From positions 2,728,001-2,792,000 of the forward strand of contig NC_043007.1 of the NCBI RefSeq assembly GCF_006345805.1: 64,000 nucleotides of DNA, written 5' to 3'. This document shows, piece by piece, positions 51,761 to 64,000 of this stretch. The position numbers and the translations under genes are program-made. Below the pieces are notes generated by a model that worked only from the letters and a program-made list of their open reading frames with translations, was not told the origin of the DNA and did no database searches. Source of the stretch: Octopus sinensis (Eukaryota). Every line of letters begins with the position of its first letter. The stretch's first letter is position 1.

Positions 51761-51844
51761 GAATATATATATGCAGTATGTATATTATATACTAAACACA
51801 CACACACACGCACACACACACACACACACACGCACGCACACACA

Positions 51845-51879
<35 letters not shown>

Positions 51880-52197
51880 ATATATATATATATATAATTT
51901 ATATAAAAAGGGCTTAGTAAAATAAATTACTTTGCCGCATACTGAACTCATTAGAAATAGCAGCTAAAAAAACTTTTTTAAAGCTATTTCTAATACTTAA
52001 AGAAAATCTCTCTCATATATAGTGTTTGCTTAATTCAACTCAATGGTGAATGTAATAATTAACTAATTTTGCCTCAATTGACTGAAATTATATATATATA
52101 GTATAAGTATATATATATATATAAGAATATATATATTTATATAATATATTTGTGTATATATAGATATATATATATATATATAATATATATATAGAAT

Positions 52198-52228
<31 letters not shown>

Positions 52229-52600
52229 ATATATTTATATATATATACAGGTCGAGATCACATCACATTAGAACGTTGCGGCACAATTTCCTTATTCTTT
52301 TCTATGTTATCGCGTAAGAAATTTAAGTAGAAAAAGATCCCACAACTTTCAAATTCCTCCAATAAATACCGAACAAACCACCTACACCCGGTTACGTCTC
52401 AACCAACAACAAATCTCTGTGTGAGTGGTCCATGTTATCCCGAAATAACTAAAAGACTTTCACAGGTGATGCCATTGACTTAGTCCTGGCCTGGGCCGAT
52501 AATGGCCAAAATCAATCTATGTTATCTAAGTTATATGCTGTTAAATCACTGAAACAAGTAGAATAAAATTCCTTTTGTATTCATTCGAGTCTGCATTGTG

Positions 52601-52938
52601 GAAGCACTCCGTCGGTTACGACGACGAGGGTTCCGGTTGATCCGATCAACAGAACAGCCTGATCATGAAATTAACGTGTAAGTGGCTGAGCACTCCATAG
52701 ACACGTGTACCCTTAACGTAATTCTCGGGGATATTCAGCATGACACAGAGAGTGACAAGGCCGGCCCTTTGAAACACAGGTACAACAGAAACAGGAAGTA
52801 AGAGTGAGAGAAAGGAGCCTCGTGAAGCTTTAGATGTTTTCGCTCAATAAACACTCACAACGCCCGGTCTGGGAATCGAAACCGTGATCCTACGACCGCG
52901 AGTCCGCTGCCCTAACCACTGGGCCATTGCGCCTCCAC
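52601..52938 (-). mobile_element. SINE S3 with 12-bp target-site duplication
   Basis: cgagtctgcatt at 52586-97 and 52942-53. Confidence 0.92.
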
Positions 52939-54128
52939 ATCCGAGTCTGCATTATATCGTATGATACCGAACACTGATTTTCTTGCACTGAAGCAAATTT
53001 CCATTTGATTCGTGTTGCACAGATTTCTTTCCAAGTTACAAACGGACATTGCAATGGATCGTGTTGCTTCCTAAGAACGGTATTGGCAGCGCATCTATTT
53101 GTATAAGGTATGACATTAAATGGGTGTCCCTGTATCCATTTCAACTATATTTAAAATGTCATCGTATGTAATACGACTATACGTATACGACTGTATATGA
53201 ATATGACTGTAGAAATATATCATGTGTTTCTTAAACGTTTCCCTAATCACGTATATTTCCAGCCGATATCGTTTTTTCTCCTCTTTTTAATTCTTTAAGT
53301 ATATTGTCAATTTGCTTCAGTGATATAAGTTGAACTGGAAAGGCCATTTTGTTATCAGAATCGCTGTAGGATTTATGTTCGTTTAATAGGAAATTTACAG
53401 AGGTCAGAAAAAGCCAGGTATGAGATATCTTCTTTCACCCGGACTGAATGAAATGTCGATGTTTTTGACAGTAATTTATGAAATATATATATATTTCTTT
53501 AAAGTCTAAAACATTTTAACAAACTTTTGTCTGTCTTGTGGAAATAAAGATGTCAGGACATAAGTTTTATTAACTTATGCGTGTGTGCGTGTATGTGTGT
53601 AACAGAGCGAGAGAGAAAGAGTGAGGGAGAGTGTGTGTGTGTGTGTGTGTGTGTGAGTTTGTGTTTATGTATGTGTGCGTGTTTGTGTATAAATGCATGA
53701 TAACAGATTCTTCGTGTCCTGGGATCTGAAAAAAATGGCTCACCAGTCTCAGACGGCTGTAGTGACCAGTAAGTTATTGATTTTACGCTTGATTGGCCTT
53801 CTCCAATGTGAATTACCTTATTAGTCTGGAGAGGGTTACTGTCTTATAGAGTTTAATCCCTTAATGTATCAACCATTTCTGCAACTACTTGAGAGCATCA
53901 CAATGCGAAATTTGGCCTATTTTCTAGAAAAGTCGCTACTGATTACATTTGAAGTTGAATTGGTTTGTGTAAGTTAACCTGAAAAAAAAAAACCATTACA
54001 GTTATTAATAAAAGAGGTGAAACAAATGCATCCAAGTTTTCATAATTGTAGCATTACTCCTTCTTAGTCAACTTATGAAATGTTCAGCCCATGCTCGTAT
54101 TTTTCAATAGAATATAATTTAGCCAAGT

Positions 54129-54330
54129 TGGTGAGCTGGCAAAAATGATAGCACACCGGGCGAAATGCTTAACGGTATTTCGTCTATCTTTAAGTTCTGA
54201 GTTCAAATTCGACTTTGCCTTTCATCCTCTCGGAGTCGATAAATTAAGTACCGGTTGCGTACTGAGGTCGATCTAATTGACTGGCCCTCTCCCCACAAAC
54301 CTCAAGCCTTGTGCCCAGAGTAGAAAAGGA
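54129..54330 (+). mobile_element. SINE S2
   Basis: ggtgagctggc..gagttcaaattcgactttgcctttc. Confidence 0.85.
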
Positions 54331-54913
54331 ATATAGTTTAGCCTAGTAAAACTAAAATATGAATCACATACATAACTCCAGTGGTGCATATTCAAAAGCC
54401 TTACATTCGGAGATTGAAATTACATGGAAACATCATGTCGTTCTCTTCAGTAAACAAAAACAAAATCGAAAACTCTTGACAAGTGTATATCTTGAAAATT
54501 GTTCAAAAATGTTAAACGCCGCTGGACTTGTTTGTTTTGAAAATCAAACAAGTTTGGAAAAGTATTTTTCGTAATGCAATTTATCCTTCCACAACAATGC
54601 GTGGATAGAATATGTTGATAGCAAACAAACTTCAAAGACTCAGCATTATAACAAAAGTGATTTTTTTTGGTTATTGAACATCCATGTAGAATTCTGGAGA
54701 AAAACCTGTCATAGCGTATCATATTTGGCATAGAGTTATCTCTGTTTTGGTTTGCTGGTGCTTGCGAGAGATAAATCTACAAGTTCCCGATATGTGTGTG
54801 TGTTGTGTGTGTGTGTGCATGTGTGTTTATGTGTGTGTGCGTAGGTGTGTGTATGTGTGATTGTGTGTCTGTGTGTATGTGTATGTATATGCATTACGAA
54901 GTATCAGCTTATG

Positions 54914-56098
54914 TCAGGTTGGTGCAATGGTAATGACCAAATTTTTAGAAAAGAGTTTTAGTATTTTTTAAAATTGTGGTTCTTGCAATATTTTAAGAAT
55001 GTCACACTGAGTTATTCATGCATTTTCCTATCAGATTCTGATAGTATTGGCCATATTCCTCTGCTAGATTCGCACCCATGTTCGTCCCATTTAAAGATCA
55101 CGTTAGACTCTATGAGTTCCATAAAGCTGGCAATACAAGCACGACAACAAAGTCTTTTCGGAGAGCGTTTGGGGATCATGTAGTAAGTGAGAGAAGTTAC
55201 CGGAGATGATTTTCTCGCTTCAGAAGTGGGGATTTGTGTTTGAAAGACGAGCCAAAAGAAGGTCGTTCAAAGCACCTTGAGGAGTTGGAAGATGTTGTCA
55301 CAGAAAATCCAACCGCTTACTTGTAAAAACTTGCAGAACAGTTTAACGTAGCCCATACAACTGTTCTACGCCAACTGAAAAGGACCGGAAAGGTTTCAGT
55401 GGCTGGAAAAGGGATCCCGCACGAACTGTCTTCAGAGAATCTGCAGCAGCGTGTTGTTTGTGGTCTGTCTTTGCTTTTACCACTCCTTAAGGAACCATTT
55501 TTAGGAAAACTTCTTACAAGTGATGAGAAGTGCATCTTTTACCATAACGTTAAACGCCACCGATCGTGGAACAGTCGAAGAAGAAAGCAACCTTTTCAGC
55601 AACCAAGTGGAGGACGTCATCCAAGGAAGATCATGTTGAGTGTATGGTGGGATACTGAAGGAATTGTCCATTACGAATTGTCAGACAACAATCAAGAAAT
55701 TACTGTTAATCTCTACTGTGATCAACGCCATCGTTTGAAAGCTGCTTTGAACAGAAAGTGACCCTGCTTAGGCAACAGAAAGGGGGTCATCATCCACCAT
55801 GGTAATGCCCGTCCTCATACAGCCGTACTGACCAAAGATCCCTTAGAAGAGCTTGTTTGGGAAATATTGCTTCATCCTCCATATCCTCCAGACCTTGCTC
55901 CTTCTGATTATCACTTGTTTCATGGATTACGGAACCATTTAAATGGTCTTAGGAAAACATCAAGAGAAGAGGTTGAAACTGAGTTGGATTCAAATTTCGC
56001 ATCAAAGCCTAAATAATTTTGCAAGTGTCGTATTTATAAGCTTGTTGATAGATGGAATGAAGTTCTAGAAAGCAATGGAAATCACGTTAACGAATAAA
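54914..56098 (+). mobile_element. Decayed mariner, cecropia/Hsmar1-like; right TIR not seen
   Basis: Left TIR tcaggttggtgcaatggtaat; TSDEKCIFY, WWDTEG, HHGNARPH, HPPYPPDLAPSDYHLF. Confidence 0.92.
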
Positions 56099-56226
56099 TA
56101 TCGTCTGAATCATGGGTTTTTTCAATTTTAATAAATACCTTAAAAAGTAAGTTTAATGCCTGTTTGTTTTGTACCGTACCTGTCTTCCTTTGATTCGACG
56201 TCATATTATTTCTTAACATGAGGAGA

Positions 56227-56800
56227 ATGAGGAATTTGTATAATATCACTTTCAAGCTGAAAATTGATGAATACGCGAAATCGCATTCAAATCGAGCTGC
56301 AGAAAGAGGATTTGGAGTCTCAGAAAAATTGGTCAGGGATTGACGTTTGGAATACGAGAAAATAAAATCCGTTGACATCAAATCGTTAGAGAAAATTGGA
56401 ATAAGAATGACTCCCAATGAGGAGAAGGAGACTTTTTTGAGAGACTGGTTGACTGAACTATGGTAGAATGGACTTATCGTCACGAGAAACATCATTAGAT
56501 TGCAGGTTCTCCAAGTAACTAAAGAACATGGTGTATCCGACTTTAAAGCACACACTGGCTGATGCACGAGGTTTATGAAACGCCATGAGACACGGACTCA
56601 TATCGCAGAGAAATTAATCCGCCGACGTAGAGCTCATAGTTGATTCCTTCCTTCGGTATGTAATAGACCTACGAAAGAGCCACGTGTTTGCTTTGGAAGC
56701 AATTAGTAATATAGAGGAGACACCCTCTTCTTCGATATGGTTGAAACTCGGACAGTTGACGTGAAACGGAAAAACACATAAATGGTTACGAAGCCCAGGG
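56227..56800 (+). pseudogene. pogo/Tigger-family transposase N-terminal fragment
   Basis: YNITFKLKI..NRAAERGFGVSEKLVRD* and DFKAHTG*CTRFMKRH (helix-turn-helix segments), then NIEETP. Confidence 0.8.
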
Positions 56801-56815
56801 CAAAAAACAAAGAGG

Positions 56816-57622
56816 GAAGGGTTCATATTAGCTGCTCAAGACCAAAGCTTATTAACCCGGAACTACCAAGCCAATGTGATGAAAAATGGAGCTGACATAA
56901 AATGCTGATTCTGTAACGATGAGATTGAAACTATAGACCACCTAATCTCAGGATGTAGAGTCTTAGCACCTGTAGAATATAAAGCAAGTCATGACAGAGT
57001 TGGCCAGTATTTATACTGGACAATATGTCGGCATTATAAAATCAAAACCGCTGACAAATGGTATAAACACCATCCTGAAGCTGTGACTGAGGGAGAAAAT
57101 GTGTCGATTCTATGGGACAGGCCGACAAGACTATAAAAGCTAATAAACCGGATATTATTATAAAAGATCAAACAAAAAAGATGTGTTTATCAATTGACAT
57201 GAGTATTCCTTGTGATCACAATATAGTGGCTAACGAATTTGACAAGATCAGTAAATATAAAGACTTACTAATGGAAATTGAAAAAATGTGGCATCTCAAG
57301 GCGAGTACAGTACCAGTGATTGTAGGATCTCTAGGAATGATTTTTAAAAAATGTACTGAAACCTATTTGAAAATGATACCATCCCAACAGGAAGTGCAAA
57401 AAATCGTATTAACTGGAACGGCTCATGTACTGAGAAGAGCATTATCGCTGTGAAAACAACATCCATTCATGAATTTATTTATTTATTATTATTTTTTAAT
57501 TACATATTTTACCTGTGAATTTGCGTATGTAATCTAGGAATGCATACAATAAGCTTCTCTGCCCTAGGTGTACAGAAAACACTCTGCGTGAAATAGAAAA
57601 AAATTTGAAGAAAGAAGGAAAC

Positions 57623-57686
<64 letters not shown>
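56816..57686 (+). mobile_element. R4/Dong-clade non-LTR retrotransposon 3' fragment with (AAT)n tail
   Basis: AAQDQSLLTRNY..C*FC..HLISGC zinc knuckle; NKPDII..IDMSIP..KISKYKDL restriction-like endonuclease; ORF ends at 57453. Confidence 0.9.
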
Positions 57687-57688
<2 letters not shown>

Positions 57689-57735
57689 TCGAAAAATACC
57701 TTAGGAATGAGAACTCATGTTCGAAATTTCCCCAA

Positions 57736-57780
57736 GACACCTGATGAAGGCTGAAGGGTATATCAGCCGAATCGTTGTGC
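57736..57780 (+). ncRNA. Hammerhead-like motif, family D, with GAAA mutated to GAAU
   Basis: CAC-CUGAUGA-A-GGCUGA(8 nt)UCAGCC-GAAUCGUU-GUG. Confidence 0.6.
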
Positions 57781-60352
57781 TAATAACAAACAAGATGAGG
57801 ACAAATATCTGCCAATTGTAAATAATGTAAATAAAGTCAAGTACGTTATCAAGGATAAAATTTTACATTATAAACAACGGTTTCTACAATGCGTTGGCTT
57901 AATGGCGTAGCAGTTGTTGTAAGTCGACTTCAGCTTACTTAATGCTCGGTTACCGAATAACAACTGTGTCGGCGCGATTCCCAATTGAATTTTGCTCTCC
58001 AACATCAAAAACGTCACTGCAACTTCTGGTCAGATCAATAAAATTCTCGATTTGAATCTTGTAAGTAGGAGGCGCACAGGCGAGGGCATTTTATAGTCGA
58101 GTATTAATGGTAATGCCAGAAAACATCTATATTCATTATTTTGATAAACGTTTCATAATTATTTTACTTTAAATAAATCTTTTGTTTTAAAATCATGTTA
58201 TTTTCTTAAATAGATTAGATATTTATTATGTTATTTTCGAAATTCGCTTTATTGGTTTTAATTGAAGCCCAATAAATTCTTTCATTATTGACATATATTT
58301 TCAAATAACAGATGTATTTATTATATATATATTATGTGAATGTATTAATTACATATATATAATGTGAATTTATAAAATATCTAGATATTTTATATTAGTC
58401 ATAGTAAAAAAGTAAGATTGTTCAATTTGATTACTGATTCGAACCTACCTAGAGCTCACAAAAAGAATTATGCGGCATATATTTTAGGTGGTGTAGAAAA
58501 TGTAACTGTAGCAGACATTTTAGGTTTTTAAAAACTTTGTTTCCAATATGAGGAAAAATTTTGTAAAGTTATTTTGCTCTTACAAAATCTGTACAGAAAT
58601 CTTGATTACGATGGTGAAATGAATAAATTTTGGTTTACGATTCATATATTACTTATTGTTGCAGTGTGTCGTCGAGATTTCAAAGCAGATTGAACATATC
58701 TTAACTAATGTTCGTCTGGCGGTTCCACAATATTCCCACCAAAATAACAACATAGAAATATGAATGCCATTTACAGTTGTCTGCATATTAAATCAGATAC
58801 GATATGTGAGATTACAGCTGGTTTTTGATCTTTTATAGCTGTAGCAAATCCAGTAATGATTTCAATTTTAAAGATAGGATTGAATTGGTTTAACGCTTTA
58901 AATGTATACAAACAAATAAGGAAAGAAAAAGAAAACAAATGTAGAACTGAATTCACAACGAAAAATAATGACGGAGTTAAAAGTATTTCTGTCGAGTATC
59001 GTTATCATTGAAAATGGAATGTTTTCTATCGCTTTATTCTAAGTCAGAAGAAACCTAATTTGACTTGAAGAGCCACATTTGGATTTGATAAACGAGCCTA
59101 GGATCTATTGATGCAGAAATCTTCTGTACGGATGTATATTACCTCTAAGACATAAATGATAATAGGAAATACACATAGATCGGATTTGATATTTCCAAAG
59201 AAACAAAATTAATTAAAAGTATGTCTTTCCGCAAGAGTTTGATTTATGAAATTGCAAAAGGCCAAGTTATTGCGTTGCGGAAGATATAATATGAAGAGAA
59301 AGTATAATGTTACTTGAAGTTTCCGGAATACCAGGTGCTGCAAATAATAAATATATTAATACTGAAAAATTTAGCGCATAAATTCTAAGATAAATAAAAA
59401 CAAACTGTTGACATCATTAAATGTAAGTTCAATATTCAATATCGACGACATCTTAACATTTCCATAATTTGATTTCTGATTCGTTAGTTACACTTTTCTA
59501 TATATTTTCGCTATTTTCACTGTTCAATAATAACACATAATTAAAACAATAGAAAATAAGTTTTGAAAGAACAAAGATATCATGCCTGAACCCCAGGGCG
59601 CATGCGTCAATACTAATTATGGCGGCATTGACAAATCTATAAAGCAATTTGCAACGTTGCGGGTAGTTAGAATCCCATATGTCGATCTAATTAATTTTAG
59701 TTGTTTTCTAAGCATGAAAACTTCATAATACGGAACGTGTCTTTCCATAACAGAAGCCCGTTAAATAACTCAATTAATTCGGATTTGGGAAATTCCTTTT
59801 GTGACTTGTTTATATTAATTTGAATATATACAGTTATAAAGTCAGCTGTTGAAGGGAATGCATTAAAATTGAAAATTCTATCACAGGGTTTTAGACAATG
59901 CAACGTGAATTAGAAATTACCAAATGTATTCGTATTCTCCTTTGCGTTTATGCTATCAGAGAATGGTGACGCGTATATGTATACATAGGCATATACAGGA
60001 CGCGGCACAAGTACCGCTCTTTTCCCATTTAATAAGTTATTTATTATTCATTTCTTTAAGTATCGTAATAAATTTGTGTGCAATAAAATATTATTTAATA
60101 AATAGCTATATACTATAAATATATATAAATCTTTATTAATTCTTTATTGAAAAAAATTTATTCCATTACTTAAAAAAAAAACGAATGATAAACTAATGAA
60201 CAAAATCGCAGAAGTTTTAGGAAATAAAGAAAAAACTCGATTAGAAACTAAAAATCTCAAAAAACTCAAATACAAAGAGCGCTACTTCTGTCTTACACTG
60301 TATATACACACACACAGACACACACACACACACACACACCACACACACACAC

Positions 60353-60431
<79 letters not shown>

Positions 60432-60939
60432 ATGTGTGTGTGTGTGTCTGTCTGTCCGTGTGTGTGTGTATGCATGTATGTATGTATGTATGTATATAGG
60501 GTGGGACAGAAGCAACGCATCTACAACAAAATGACATACCCACCACGACCTTAGAATAAAACATACGCAAATATTAAAATTGATATATTCAAAAGAGATA
60601 CCCAAGAATTCATTAAAAACAGTCCCAATCACTGCTATAATCCACAACGAGCTACTTTTAGGTCAACTGACCATTTAACAACCTACTACTATCACACCAT
60701 CACGCTTTCTTTTGTTATTCTTTCTCTTCTCCTTCTCCTTCTTCTTCTTCTTCTCCGCCACCTCCTTCCTTACTTTACTACTATTGCTGTTTAGAATAAC
60801 ACCTACGCAAATATTACACACAATACATTCAAAAGAGATTTCTCGAGAATTCAATCACTACTACCATCCACAAGCCACTTTCAGGGCGCTTGACCTTTGA
60901 ACATCCTACTACTATCATAGCACTCCTGCATTATTTTAT

Positions 60940-60971
<32 letters not shown>

Positions 60972-61062
60972 TTCTTCTTCTTTTTCTTCTTCTTCTTCTT
61001 TCTTCTTCTTCTTTCTTCTTCTTCTTCTTCTTCTTCTTCTTCTTCTTCTTCTTCTTCTTTTT
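60940..61062. repeat. (TTC)n microsatellite
   Basis: Seen directly. Confidence 0.96.
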
Positions 61063-61114
61063 CACGTGCGTGCGTGTGTGTGAGTGTCTGTGCTTGTATA
61101 CATTTTTTTCATTT

Positions 61115-61300
61115 TATTAGTTTCAGGCATTAATTTGCAGCCATGGTGGGACAGCACTTTGTAGAATTTTAGTCGCACAAATTGACGCCAGTACTTACTT
61201 TTTTGTAAAGCCCCGTGGTTATTTTATCGGTCTTTTTGCTGAACCACAAGGTTACGGGGATGGACAAACACCAGCTTGTCAAGGTAGGGGACAAACACAG
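61115..61300 (-). mobile_element. Degenerate SINE S1, 3' part
   Basis: ttttatcggtctttttgctgaacc..aaacaccagc..ggggacaaacac. Confidence 0.65.
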
Positions 61301-62140
61301 GCAAAAAGACACACACGCACTCATATATGTACCAATGCGTATAAATATTCGTATATACGTGGAGAGATTGAGAGAGAGGATGAAAGAGAGGGAACAGAAG
61401 TAGGTGAGAACTAGATATGCCCAGTAGAAAAAACGCGTCGTAGTACCCAAATGATTTTGAACTTAAATTCTAGTCTTTCATCTATAGCAAGGCCTACGGC
61501 GACAATATTTCATATTTTTCTTTTTATATATATATATATATTATTATATATATAATATATATATATATATATAAAATACATACTTCTACATATATTCAGG
61601 GACAAAAAGACATCCATGTATCCTAATACATACACACGTACACATACACACACAAACACACACTTTAGGTACTCAATTACCGAGAATGCCGTCACATGGT
61701 TATATGAGACATGGACTGGCTAAGTGACGTGCTTTCAACCCTGGTGGGTATATAATATTGATGAACTGCATTAGTTGCGAAACACCCGCTGTCTATCATT
61801 CCCAAATTGGTTTTTTGGTGGCTTAACTCCCATGTCCATGACATTGAGGTGTTTTCACACCCGGCGCTTTGAGAGTGTATACACTCCACCATACTACTGG
61901 ACTCAGCAGAATATACGCAAAGCATATGCATTAAATATGCGTAGTTAATAATATATACATATATGTTTCTGGAGCCCCCAAAACGCATAAAAATATGAAG
62001 TAAATGTATAATTGCACATTCCATATGCTAAATGTTGATTAAGAATATAATATTGTATAACATATATAATGTGATATGGTATGGTATATATATATATATA
62101 TATAATATATTATATATATATATATAATATATATATATAT

Positions 62141-62290
62141 ACCGGAGTCACATAAATGTGAAACAAGGTGGAAAAAGAGTACTCAAATACCAGTGGTAGA
62201 GTAATATGCTTTATTTTAAGCAGCAGAAAATTCAACAAAATCTGTTACTCTGAGTTTCTCGTTGCCGTTCATCAGACAGTTTTTGCTAGA
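62141..62290 (-). mobile_element. Hammerhead repeat family C with canonical CUGAUGA core
   Basis: HHR at 62285-62236; stem I 9 of 10 bp; ACUC-A-GAGU; GUA cleavage predicted at 62246/62245; ends at (TA)n. Confidence 0.85.
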
Positions 62291-63257
62291 ATGGAACATA
62301 TATATTAATTCAATCTATACTCTTACAAACGCTACACCTTTAAAAAGAAATGGACTTGTTTGATTGGCCCTTTAGAAAAAACGGTCAATCTTCGAGCGAT
62401 AAACAAAAGTGGTCAAAAATATATGTATTAATATATAAAAAACTTATAAAAATTATAAAAATTATAAAATCCGAGAAAAAACCGAGGAAAAAACCTATTG
62501 CCGTTAATGAAGACAGTACAAATTAATGCATAGAAATTAAACCTGTATAAATACTGCAATACATATTTATATTAAAATCCACATATATATATCAACATAC
62601 ACAAAAGGATGGCGCGTAAACGCATACATACATATACAGACGATGAATATGAATCTAAATTATACACATAAAAGCATGTGTACTATATTCACGCAAACCG
62701 TCTCGCACGCAAGCTAAAATTCATCTATGTAGCAATTCTCATATACTGAGCAAGGAGGGGGAACGAAAGAAAGGGAAAGAGAGAAAAGGAACGAAAGAGG
62801 GGTGGGGGAAACTTGTAGCGATGTTATTGGCATCTATAGAGGCCAGTATACATACACAAGTTGAATTGATACATATACATACGTCGTGTGTATGCGTGCT
62901 TAAGCACAAGCATACTTTCACTTACACATACACAGATACGCATGCTTACAAATACTATGCTTTGCTATACACAAACTTATAAACATTCTAAATTTGACAA
63001 CATTGCTTTTTTTAAAAAAACATTGCTTTTAAAAAAAATGGGTGGCATTAATAAAATATATACGAAAGACATAATAAAATATAACAAACATCCTATTTTG
63101 GGTCATTTATAAATAATCAAGGTAATATAAATAATCAAGGTAATCCTATGCAATACAATAACATAAAACAAAGTTTGTAGGTTTTTCCTAATATATATGT
63201 AGAAACAATAAGACTTTGCTATAGATCCGTCGTAGCGCTTAAGAGTCAAAATCAAAA

Positions 63258-64000
63258 TCAAAAATCAAAATACAAAATATATACTCTATCCATATGGTAT
63301 ATTATATTCGACATTTTAAATTTAGCCGCGTGCCTACATAAGTTCATTAACTCACTTCTTTGATTCAAAGAATTATTGTCTTTGAATAATATGTGCATTT
63401 TTTCTAATAAGCAAAGCTTGCACTTGAAATTATATTTGTAAGCTCCATGCCTGTATGGTGCCGCCCTGTCCAGAATGCTCCATGTCACGTTGAAAGGTGG
63501 GGCTTCCTTTTCTTTTAGTTCCCAGACATATTTTGCTAGGCTGGTTTTCTTCCTATTCTCTGGGTATTTAAAAGAATTCTTATGAGAATAAAATCTTGTT
63601 TAAAATGAATTTTCTGAAGCCCCTGTGTATGTCTTGTATTCGATGAGCCTTCCACTTGCACCTTGGCTCTATAAACTACTCCTTTCACTAGACATTTCCC
63701 TTCTAACGGACAGGAGCTTTCGTTTTTGCAATTACATTTCTTAATGGGCTCGGCACCATGTCTAATCTCAATTAGCTTCCTATTATGTTGGCTAATGTAA
63801 GAGGCGAAATTTCTGCAACAAGAATAGCTAACCTTCAGGGTTCTTCTATTAAATATTCTGTAGAATTTATGACCCTGCTTAAAATGCTTAGAGACTAATC
63901 TCAAAAATTCCTTACCTATATTAGTCTTTACGGCCAAATTGAAAGCCGGGTTGAACCACAAAACTTTCCTGGTCCTAGTTCTTCGTGCAGCATTATTATT
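63258..64000 (-). mobile_element. Penelope-like element: RT-thumb/linker and GIY-YIG endonuclease, one frameshift near 63640, runs off the window
   Basis: RKVLWFNPAF..KTNIGKEFL..SYSC..HN..CNC..CPLEGKCL.KGVVY..YTG..FKTRFYSHKNSF..TSLAKYVWELK..CKLCLLEK..LNQRSE..CRH. Confidence 0.92.

Overview
AT-rich, microsatellite-dense animal genomic DNA. The SINE types and composition resemble octopus (recognition from memory, not a database match). I found no host protein-coding gene that I can name with confidence. Most long ORFs in the track are microsatellite artefacts. Recognisable content is transposable elements: three mariner-type relics, a pogo fragment, R4/Dong, RTE and Penelope-like (GIY-YIG) retroelement fragments, three tRNA-derived SINE families, MITEs, and a 560-bp repeat found five times. 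The main signal is about 10 minimal type I hammerhead-ribozyme (HHR) motifs in about six short repeat families. Most have a palindromic stem III suited to dimer cleavage, and many carry non-canonical cores (CCGANGA, CUGUGGA). Two occur as divergent inverted pairs, including a 460-bp near-perfect palindrome at 3589-4054, and one occurs as a 173-bp tandem repeat. All folds were made by eye and activity is untested.
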